NCBI GenBank assembly: GCA_964422215.1
Contig: CAYRAK010000002.1
Coordinates: forward strand, 1-35,224
Length of the DNA stretch: 35,224 nucleotides
Reading direction: 5' to 3'
Source: an uncultured Clostridia bacterium
GTDB lineage: Bacteria > Aerophobota > Aerophobia > Aerophobales > B3-G15
The notes below the pieces were generated by a model. The model was not told where the DNA came from. It ran no database searches and was given only the letters and a program-made list of their open reading frames with translations. Position 1 is the first letter of the stretch; the number at the start of each line of letters is the position of its first letter. Positions 17,446-25,070 of the stretch are shown piece by piece. A program made the translations under genes and the position numbers.

Positions 17446-18833
17446 TTCCATCCTCCATAAACTTTATACTTTGGCCAATTTTTGACATATTCAGGAATCT
17501 CTCCCTTTGCGTCCTTTATTGCGAGCTTGTGCATCATTTCACATACATCTTTTTCACTCACTGCAATATTTTCTCTCATTTCTGGATCATTCTCCATGTT
17601 AAAAAGCATCTCCTCTGATCTATCTAATCTTCCTATATACCAGAATTTATCCTTTTTCACCATTATGTTGTTTTGCCAGGCAACTGTTACATAATCCCTT
17701 CCTGTTTTTTCTTTTCCTTCTATTACAGGTAAAAGATTTTTTCCTTCCATATCAGAAGGAGGTGTAATATTAAGAAAAGATAGAATTGTTGGAGCAATAT
17801 CAAAATCGTAGACAAAATCATCTACTTTCTTACCTGCATATTTTCTCTCCGGATCTCTTATAAAGAGAACAAGTTCTGCAACCTCTGGAAGAATGGGATA
17901 GGGAAATTTTCCTACAAGATTTTTTTCTCCTACATGGTGACCATGATCAGATATGAGGATAAGAAGCGTATTTTTATCCAAACCCATATATTCCATAGTA
18001 TCAAGAAAATAACCAAGCCATCTATCAACCATTGTTATCTCACCTGCATAGTTCGCCCTTAATCGCTTTATTTGTCTTTCTGTTAAAAAGTGAGAAGAAG
18101 AGTAAGTAGAAAATATAATATCCTTTTCAAGATCATCATCTGAATCATACATTTTTCTGTAATATGTAGGTGGATCCCAGGGTTCATGGGGGTCAAAGGA
18201 GTCGACTACTAAAAAGAATTTCTCTGCATCTTGATTCTGATAGAGCCATTCTGCTGCTTTTTTGAAAACCTGAGGAGCAAAATAATCTTCTTCACTTTTT
18301 CTCAAAGCCGTATTTTTAAAATAAGATACATGCATGTAATATCTTAACTTGAAAGAAGTTTTCTCTTTGGAAGGTTTTATATAATAGTCCTCTATTTTTC
18401 TTTCATCAAAAAGTTTTCCACTTATATATTTATCATCTTCTTGACCTCTTATAAAGGTGAATTGGTCAAATCCCCTGTGAAAGTTTTTCCCTGGTTTAAA
18501 CTGGTGATAGGTATCAGTAATAAATCCTGTTCTATAGCCTTCCTCATGTAAAATCTCAGAAAGAGTTTTCCAATCCTCAGGAATTGGTCCCCACCCAGGC
18601 TGAACCACTCTGTCCCATTTTCGCGTAACATTTTCTCTAAAAGGATAAACCCTTTTCCCTGTATGCAGGGCTATTCTTACTTCTAAAGTTGGAAGCGATT
18701 CAGGATAAGCATTGGTGAAAATACAGCTATCTTTTGCCAGTCTATCAAGGTTAGGTGTTTTAATCCACTTATTTCCATATGCGCCAACATAATTTTTCTG
18801 TAGGCTGTCCAAAATAATTAATACAACATTCAT
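17439..18833 (-). CDS. Sulfatase-fold (alkaline-phosphatase superfamily, S1-sulfatase-like) protein, Thr variant at the nucleophile position; no signal peptide
   Basis: The N-terminus MNVVLIILDSLQKNYVGAYGNKWIKTPNLDRLAKDS aligns with iduronate-sulfatase-like N-termini. The active-site block reads SLPTLEVRIALHTG, where canonical enzymes have C/S-x-P-x-R-x4-TG. DHGHHVG and FDPHEPWDPP motifs are present. GGGAGGAG is the RBS. Confidence 0.8.
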   Translation of the reverse strand: MNVVLIILDSLQKNYVGAYGNKWIKTPNLDRLAKDSCIFTNAYPESLPTLEVRIALHTGKRVYPFRENVTRKWDRVVQPGWGPIPEDWKTLSEILHEEGYRTGFITDTYHQFKPGKNFHRGFDQFTFIRGQEDDKYISGKLFDERKIEDYYIKPSKEKTSFKLRYYMHVSYFKNTALRKSEEDYFAPQVFKKAAEWLYQNQDAEKFFLVVDSFDPHEPWDPPTYYRKMYDSDDDLEKDIIFSTYSSSHFLTERQIKRLRANYAGEITMVDRWLGYFLDTMEYMGLDKNTLLILISDHGHHVGEKNLVGKFPYPILPEVAELVLFIRDPERKYAGKKVDDFVYDFDIAPTILSFLNITPPSDMEGKNLLPVIEGKEKTGRDYVTVAWQNNIMVKKDKFWYIGRLDRSEEMLFNMENDPEMRENIAVSEKDVCEMMHKLAIKDAKGEIPEYVKNWPKYKVYGGWKW

Positions 18834-18896
18834 GCTCTCCTCCCATTTCGACCAAGATTATCTAAGTTCAAATCTTTAAAGCTCCTCTCCTGCTTG

Positions 18897-18908
18897 AGGG
18901 TATTTTCT
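18897..18908. repeat. Left arm of a 12-bp inverted repeat (AGGGTATTTTCT; reverse complement of AGAAAATACCCT at 19100-19111)
   Basis: Read directly from the sequence. It lies in the leader or promoter-proximal region of the minus-strand sulfatase-like gene. Confidence 0.9.
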
Positions 18909-18957
18909 ATAAAACTTTCTTAAAATGATTTTTAAGCCATCCTAAAAATTTTTTACT

Positions 18958-18985
18958 ATTTTAACATCCTTGATTCATTTGTCTA
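18958..18985 (-). promoter_or_regulatory. Candidate promoter of the sulfatase-like/propeller transcription unit
   Basis: The minus strand reads TAGACA (18980-18985), a 16-nt spacer, then TAAAAT (18958-18963). It is a weaker match than the other promoters. An alternative, TTAAAA-N18-TATAGA, lies closer to the gene. Confidence 0.3.
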
Positions 18986-19094
18986 GTGAAGACCTCAGCT
19001 GGAAGTTTACTGCAGCACGCCAAAGAGGTGAGGGACACCCGAAGTTCCTGAATCTTATATAAAATTAGAACTGCCCAACTCTAGGAGTACAAGT

Positions 19095-19122
19095 TTGACA
19101 GAAAATACCCTAACTTTATAAT
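19095..19122 (+). promoter_or_regulatory. Candidate sigma70-type promoter of the anSME gene
   Basis: Consensus TTGACA (19095-19100), a 16-nt spacer, then consensus TATAAT (19117-19122). It lies about 90 nt upstream of the GTG at 19215. Confidence 0.55.
19100..19111. repeat. Right arm of the 12-bp inverted repeat (AGAAAATACCCT)
   Basis: Read directly from the sequence. It overlaps the last base of the -35 hexamer and the spacer of the anSME promoter. Confidence 0.9.
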
Positions 19123-19214
19123 ACACAAAAAGTTTTCCCAGGATTTTTTAAACTACCGGGCTAATTTCGAACTTAGTAAAAAACAGATTTTTCGCTCAAC
19201 CCGGGAGAGAAATT

Positions 19215-20348
19215 GTGAGAAAGGTTGAACTTTTAATTAAACCTGTCTCGTATAAATGTAATCTTTCCTGTAGATACTGTTTTTATAAAAAGACCAGAGA
19301 ACTTTATCCCGAGAGACCTCATCGTATGGATGATAAAGTATTGGAAAAACTTATAAGTGAGGCTATAGATTATTCAGAAGGAGGAATATGCATCTTTTCA
19401 TGGCAAGGAGGAGAGCCCCTTTTGGCAGGTATAGATTTTTTTCAAAAAGTAATTGAATTGCAAAAAAGCTACGGAAAACCTGGCCAAGTTATAAGTAACA
19501 GTTTTCAAACAAATGCAACCATGCTTACAGATAAATGGACAAAACTTTTTAGAGAATACAATTTTCTTGTTGGAGTAAGTTTAGACGGACCAGAGGATGT
19601 TCATAACTTTTACAGGGTCTTTCCCTCTAAGAAGGGAAGTTTTAGAAAAGTGATGGAAGGAATATCTCTTTTAAAAAAAGAAAGAGTTGAATTCAATATT
19701 CTTTCCACAATCGGCAAAGATACAGCAAAATATGTACAAAAAATTTATAAATTTTTTCTCAGGAAAAACCTTTTTTATTTACAGTTTATCCCGGCGGTGG
19801 ATAGGAGAGGAGAGAAAATGGCAGATTTTTCAATAAAACCTGACCAGTACGGAAAATTTTTATGTGACTTATTTGATCTTTGGTGGAATAAAGGGGAGCC
19901 TTTCTCTTCAATAAGATTTTTTGACAATATTCTAGAGATACTCCTTCAAGGTAAATCAAGTTCCTGTATGTTTAAAGAGGAATGCGGTGAATATATTGTT
20001 GTGGAATCTAACGGAGATGTGTATCCATGTGATTTTTTTGTAAGAAAGGAATGGAAGCTGGGAAATATACTTGAGACACCTTTAGGTGAACTTTTTAGAA
20101 AGGCAAAATCTCAATTTGGAAAATTGAAGAAAATAAGTCCTAGAGAATGTAGAAATTGCAAATGGAATTTTATCTGCCATAATGGTTGCCTTTGGTTTAG
20201 ATGGGTTAAGAATGGAAAAATTGATGAAAAAGATTACCTCTGTGAGGCATACAAAAAGTTTTTTTCCTATACACTAGAAAGATTTGAAAAATTACGTGAC
20301 TCGATCCTGCTGGGAAAAAGCATTCAGAAAAATCTAGAACAGATATAA
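19215..20348 (+). CDS. Anaerobic sulfatase-maturating enzyme (radical SAM with SPASM domain)
   Basis: The CX3CX2C motif is near the N-terminus (KCNLSCRYCFY) and GGEPLL is present. C-terminal auxiliary-cluster cysteines are CMFKEECGEYIVVESNGDVYPCDFF and CRNCKWNFICHNGC. The 377-aa length is typical of anSMEs. It has a GTG start with GGGAGAG upstream. Confidence 0.85.
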   Translation: MRKVELLIKPVSYKCNLSCRYCFYKKTRELYPERPHRMDDKVLEKLISEAIDYSEGGICIFSWQGGEPLLAGIDFFQKVIELQKSYGKPGQVISNSFQTNATMLTDKWTKLFREYNFLVGVSLDGPEDVHNFYRVFPSKKGSFRKVMEGISLLKKERVEFNILSTIGKDTAKYVQKIYKFFLRKNLFYLQFIPAVDRRGEKMADFSIKPDQYGKFLCDLFDLWWNKGEPFSSIRFFDNILEILLQGKSSSCMFKEECGEYIVVESNGDVYPCDFFVRKEWKLGNILETPLGELFRKAKSQFGKLKKISPRECRNCKWNFICHNGCLWFRWVKNGKIDEKDYLCEAYKKFFSYTLERFEKLRDSILLGKSIQKNLEQI

Positions 20349-20396
20349 ATCAAATACAACAAAAATACATCTTATCACAGGGAAACCAACAGTCAT

Positions 20397-21767
20397 TTAT
20401 CTAACCGATGTATGAGATAATTCATATTGAAGTTGAAGCATTTTTGTTTTTCTTGAAAGGCTTATCTCTTGCTCTCTTGTCTTGACAGTAAAGTATTTTC
20501 CAAGGTAGGACAAAAGCTCTTTTTCTTTTTCTGGATATTCTTTAATGAGATTATTCTTCTCCTTTGGATCATTCTTGAGATTGTAAAGTTCATTTTCTTT
20601 CCCCTCAGGACGAACAATCAGACTCCAATCTTTATCCCTTATGCAACGATGGTATGATTCATGGTATCCTGTTATTATAAAATCTCTTATTTTTTCCTCA
20701 TTTGCTGTAACAACAGACCAAAAGCTTTTTCCTGACATAGCATAAGTTTCTTTTTTAAGTCCCATAATTTCAAGGATGGTTGGCAGAATATCTGGCATTT
20801 GGACAAGAGCTTCGATTTTCTTTCCAGCATATAACCCCTCTGGATGATGAATTATAAGAGGAATCTTTATAAGCTCTGAGTAGAGGTTATCAGGTGTTTT
20901 CATGATAGAACCATGATCTCCGTGTGGATGACCATGATCTGCCAGAAGAACGATAAGAGATTTATCATAAAGACCAAGATTTTTTATTGTGTCAAGGAGA
21001 TATCCCACCCATTTATCTACAAAACTTACCTCTCCTGCATAAAGTCCTCTTACATACTTTAGTTCTTCCTCTGTCATCCAATCAACAGAACCATATTTTG
21101 GGTGGATAAGCTTTGGACCCTTATAATTTGGGTCGGTGTACATTTTGTCAAAAGGAGAAGGTGGATCCCAGGGTTCATGGGGGTCAAAAGAATCCACCCA
21201 AAGAAAAATTTTTTCCTCATCTTTATTTTTCTCCAGCCATCTTGCTGCTTCTCTCATGACTCTTGCGGCAAAGAAATCCTCTTCCTTTTGAAAATCTTCT
21301 GTATTTTTAAGGTACTGATAGAGCATCTTTTCAACAGGATCTCCTTTCATTGCGGGCTTTATATAGTCGTTGATGTTTTTTTGCAAAGGACCTGTAATGT
21401 ATGCATCTGCCTCCTGTCCCCTTATCCAATGAAAGCAGCTAAATCCTCTGTGAAAGTTCATATCAGGTTTAAAAAGATGATAAGTGTCAGTAATTAAGGC
21501 CGAGGTGTAACCATGTTCTGAGAGAATTTCAGAGATAGTTACATCTTCCTTTGTTAAAGGTTGCCAGGGACGATAGGGAAGCGTATGACATCCTGTAAAA
21601 AGTTCTGTTCTAACCGGAATTGTAGGAAGACCTCCTGTATAAGCATTCTCAAAGAGAATGCTATCTTTAGCAAACTTATCTATATTGGGTGTTTTTATCC
21701 ACTTGTTTCCATAACATCCCAAATGATCAGCCCTCAGGCTATCCAGCATAATAACAATTAGATGCAT
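20397..21767 (-). CDS. Sulfatase-fold (S1-sulfatase-like) protein, Thr variant at the nucleophile position; no signal peptide
   Basis: It is a paralog of 17439-18833, sharing YGNKWIKTPN, VDSFDPHEPWDPP and ADHGHPHGDHG. The active-site block reads GLPTIPVRTELFTG, i.e. T-x-P-x-R-x4-TG. AGGAGGGA is the RBS. Confidence 0.8.
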   Translation of the reverse strand: MHLIVIMLDSLRADHLGCYGNKWIKTPNIDKFAKDSILFENAYTGGLPTIPVRTELFTGCHTLPYRPWQPLTKEDVTISEILSEHGYTSALITDTYHLFKPDMNFHRGFSCFHWIRGQEADAYITGPLQKNINDYIKPAMKGDPVEKMLYQYLKNTEDFQKEEDFFAARVMREAARWLEKNKDEEKIFLWVDSFDPHEPWDPPSPFDKMYTDPNYKGPKLIHPKYGSVDWMTEEELKYVRGLYAGEVSFVDKWVGYLLDTIKNLGLYDKSLIVLLADHGHPHGDHGSIMKTPDNLYSELIKIPLIIHHPEGLYAGKKIEALVQMPDILPTILEIMGLKKETYAMSGKSFWSVVTANEEKIRDFIITGYHESYHRCIRDKDWSLIVRPEGKENELYNLKNDPKEKNNLIKEYPEKEKELLSYLGKYFTVKTREQEISLSRKTKMLQLQYELSHTSVR

Positions 21768-21811
21768 AAATCCCTCCTTCTATAGTGCTTTTCGCTTTTT
21801 TCTAAAGTGAT

Positions 21812-22870
21812 TTATGAATAATATGTGCTATAATCTTCCATTGCTTGGCATAAAGCTTTTATATTATCTAAAGGAACATCTGGGTAAACTCCAGCGTGTA
21901 AAATTAGGCCGCCTTTTTTAGAACCAAGCTTTACAACAGCCTCTTTAATATGATCTCTTATATCCCTAGCATTACCATGAGGTAATACCTCTTGACGATC
22001 AAGATCAATAGCAACACACACTTTTTCTTTACACAATTTTGCTATTTTATCTATCCCATTACTTCTACTTTGAGGATTCAAAACACTTATCCCACATTCA
22101 ATAAGATCAGGAATAACATCTAAGATATAGCCATCAGTGTGAAAATAGACATGTACACCTTGTTGCCTGACAATTTTGAACATTTTTTTGTAGCAGGGTT
22201 TTATATACTTTCGCCATAATACAGGGCTTATTGGCAAGGAATCTTGCATACCCAAATCATCGCCAAAATAAATAATATCTGGTCTTATCTCTAGCCATTT
22301 GTAAATTAACTTCATGTTACGCTCTAAAACTATGTCTATTAAATGCTTTAATTTTGGGTCTTTTACAGCGAAATCAATCATTAAATTTTCAAAGCTTCTA
22401 AGATAATAAAGTCGCTGAAACATGAAACCATGATTTAAACCTAATTGATGGTCTAAATCGCCTTTTTTCCTATTTTCTTCAACTACTTGGCGCACTTTCT
22501 CCCACTGAATGGTAAACCCATTGTCATCTTTATTCACATCCGGCACACGATACGTCTTTAAAGCATCCCATCTTTTCAAAGGGTACTCAACAACAATACC
22601 TAACATTCCGCCTACTACATTATGCCATCCACATCCCCATGCATCAATAAAAAATCCTTCACGAAGGTATGGAGGAAACTCACAATAGTTTTTTTTCTCC
22701 ATATATTCTAAATACTTAGATCCAAAAATAAAAGGATGCTGTTTTACTATATCTTCCAGTTTTTCCTTATATTTACACCAAGTAGCAGGAACTAGATTTA
22801 TATTGCATGGTATACGGTGAGGCTCACGAAATTCAATAGCTCGTAAATAACATTCTCTTCTATTCATCAA
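21812..22870 (-). CDS. Uroporphyrinogen-decarboxylase (URO-D) family protein (MtaA/HemE-like fold, function unknown)
   Basis: The core ...FGDDLGMQDSLPISPVLWRKYIKPCYKKMFKIVRQQGVHVYFHTDGYILDVIPDLIECGISVLNPQ matches the URO-D family pattern (DD.G.q..l.SP..f.....P.yk.i......HsCG......l...G...lnp.Q). I see no obvious SD before the ATG. Confidence 0.65.
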   Translation of the reverse strand: MMNRRECYLRAIEFREPHRIPCNINLVPATWCKYKEKLEDIVKQHPFIFGSKYLEYMEKKNYCEFPPYLREGFFIDAWGCGWHNVVGGMLGIVVEYPLKRWDALKTYRVPDVNKDDNGFTIQWEKVRQVVEENRKKGDLDHQLGLNHGFMFQRLYYLRSFENLMIDFAVKDPKLKHLIDIVLERNMKLIYKWLEIRPDIIYFGDDLGMQDSLPISPVLWRKYIKPCYKKMFKIVRQQGVHVYFHTDGYILDVIPDLIECGISVLNPQSRSNGIDKIAKLCKEKVCVAIDLDRQEVLPHGNARDIRDHIKEAVVKLGSKKGGLILHAGVYPDVPLDNIKALCQAMEDYSTYYS

Positions 22871-22903
22871 TGTTTAATTTAAAAAACAGAAAGATGATAA
22901 AAA

Positions 22904-24205
22904 TTATTCCCACCTAGCATATCTAACCTTGCCCCATCCATCAGGTATAGGTACTTTTCCTTCTACAACAGGATCTTTTGTTTTTTTCATCCATTCTAAA
23001 AGCCGATTACTTAACTCTGTTTGAATTTCTGAATACTCTGGTTTTCCCACAAGATTATTCTCTTCATTAGGATCTTTTTCAAGATCATAGAGTTCTTCCA
23101 TAGGTCGAGGTTTTAGATGGGTATCTTTTAATGCCTTACGAGTTAAACTTATTTCTATATCTCCAGGAAGCTGAAACAATGGTCCTTCTATGAAGTTACG
23201 GATATATTTATATCGATTGGTGCGAATACACCGCATAGGGTCATATACCTCATGCCAGGTTTTTTCGGCAAATATCTCGGTACGAGGTTCAAAGGGCTTA
23301 TTTTCCAAAAGACTTAGAAAACTCCTTCCTTGTATACTCTCGGGTATTGGGCTTTCTATAATATCCAAAATTGTAGGCAACAAATCTACATTGCTTAGAA
23401 GTTGTGAATATACTTTTCCTCCAACTATTTTTCCAGCTGGCCAACGAATTATGAGAGCTGTTTTTATTCCAGGATCATAAAGAGTGCATTTTGCTCGTGG
23501 AAAAGCTATTCCGTGGTCTGTGGTAAATATAACTATAGTATTCTCCTCTAACCCTGCTTTATTTAAAGCATCTAATATAGACCCAACTGCCTGGTCCATA
23601 ACTCTTATAGAACCATGAAATTCTGCAATATCTTGTCTCACCTCAGGAGTATCTGGAAGATAAGGAGGAACAAAAACTTCGTTTGGATCATCAGGTTCAT
23701 AGATTTCTCGGGGGTAAGGACGATGAACTTCAAAGAATCCTACATTAGCGTAGAAAGGTTTATTTTTAGAATATTTTTTGAGAAAATTAATCACCAGTGG
23801 AGCTACTCTACTACAAAGATATCTTTCAAAAGAGTTACCTTCGGCTTGGATTATCTCATCAAATCCTAGAGTGGAGGGATCTTGAGTTTCGTGTTGAAAT
23901 CCGAAAAGACAAGTAAAATATCCTGCTTCTTTAAGAAGTTTAGCTGTAGTTTTTTCTGATTGAGAAAGACGCCATCTCAGATAAGAATTTGCCAATCCCA
24001 TTAGTCCATTAGTATGTGGATATCTTCCTGTATCAATACTGGCTCTACTCGGGCTACACTGAGGAGCAGTTGCAAAATAATTTGTGAAATATACACCTTC
24101 TTTAGCTAAAGAATCTAAATTAGGCGTGCTAACAGATTTGTCCCCATAAATTCCCAAATGCTGACCTAAATCATGCGTAATTATAAATAGGATATTAGGC
24201 TTCAT
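22904..24205 (-). CDS. Cys-type (formylglycine-dependent) sulfatase; no signal peptide
   Basis: It has the canonical signature APQCSPSRASIDTGRYP, a TDHG motif, and a sulfatase-like N-terminus MKPNILFIITHDLG. AGAGGAG is the RBS. Confidence 0.9.
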   Translation of the reverse strand: MKPNILFIITHDLGQHLGIYGDKSVSTPNLDSLAKEGVYFTNYFATAPQCSPSRASIDTGRYPHTNGLMGLANSYLRWRLSQSEKTTAKLLKEAGYFTCLFGFQHETQDPSTLGFDEIIQAEGNSFERYLCSRVAPLVINFLKKYSKNKPFYANVGFFEVHRPYPREIYEPDDPNEVFVPPYLPDTPEVRQDIAEFHGSIRVMDQAVGSILDALNKAGLEENTIVIFTTDHGIAFPRAKCTLYDPGIKTALIIRWPAGKIVGGKVYSQLLSNVDLLPTILDIIESPIPESIQGRSFLSLLENKPFEPRTEIFAEKTWHEVYDPMRCIRTNRYKYIRNFIEGPLFQLPGDIEISLTRKALKDTHLKPRPMEELYDLEKDPNEENNLVGKPEYSEIQTELSNRLLEWMKKTKDPVVEGKVPIPDGWGKVRYARWE

Positions 24206-24257
24206 TTTTTACTCCTCTGAACTTGATTATCAGATCTTAGGTTATTTACCCTTTGAT

Positions 24258-25070
24258 TTACCTTCCTGTAGCTACCCCTCCCATACCTCGAGAGAAATAG
24301 GAACGGAGACAAAGATAAAAGATAATCACAGGTAACATGTACACAAGAGACATAGCGGCCAATTGAGCATAATCTATATCTCCCCAAATACCAAAAGCAC
24401 TGTATAATCCAACAGAAATGGGCATTTTTGATTCAGATGATATTAAGATTAACGGCATCAAAAAGTTACCCCAAGATGCCACAAATGCCAATACACCCAC
24501 TGCTGCTATGCCTGGTCTAATTAAAGGTAAAATAATCTTAAGTAAAATCAGAATTCCTGTAGCTCCATCAATCTCAGCAGCTTCCTCTAATTCCAAGGGT
24601 ATGCTATCAATGGTGCCTTTCATAATCCAAAGACTTATAGGTACCTGTATCGCTGCTTGAACTAGTATTAACCCTAAATATGTGTCCAGTAAATTAAATA
24701 AAAGAAGAATACTGTAAATAGGGACGGCAAGTAATGTAAAGGGGAGCACTTGAAATAATATTATCATATACATTAAAATAGCTTTCCCTTTAAAGGAACT
24801 TCGCGAAAGTGCATAACCTCCCAAACTAGTAACTGCAATAGTAAGGCCAACAACAGATAATGAAATAAGTACACTATTTAAAATCCAAATTCTTGGTTTA
24901 CCTTTAAATATTTCAATAAAATTTTTTAAAGTGGGAGGTCTAGGTATCTTTATTTCAAAGTTTGCAGCCCTAGAAAAAGCTGCAGTAAACACCCACAGGT
25001 AAGGAGCAAATACATATATTAAGGCTAAAACAAATATAAAATATACTATAAATCGATAATTAAACTTCAA
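24258..25070 (-). CDS. Carbohydrate ABC transporter permease (MalG/CUT1-type)
   Basis: It has six predicted TM segments and an EAA-loop region ...LEEAAEIDGATGILILLKIILPLIRPG. It has a TTG start overlapping the end of the upstream permease gene. Confidence 0.85.
   Translation of the reverse strand: MKFNYRFIVYFIFVLALIYVFAPYLWVFTAAFSRAANFEIKIPRPPTLKNFIEIFKGKPRIWILNSVLISLSVVGLTIAVTSLGGYALSRSSFKGKAILMYMIILFQVLPFTLLAVPIYSILLLFNLLDTYLGLILVQAAIQVPISLWIMKGTIDSIPLELEEAAEIDGATGILILLKIILPLIRPGIAAVGVLAFVASWGNFLMPLILISSESKMPISVGLYSAFGIWGDIDYAQLAAMSLVYMLPVIIFYLCLRSYFSRGMGGVATGR

Noticed and set aside
24202-24387. 61-aa ORF overlapping the permease 3' end and the sulfatase start
   Set aside because: It is an out-of-frame overlap with two strongly supported genes, with Arg/Ser/Cys-rich junk-like composition.
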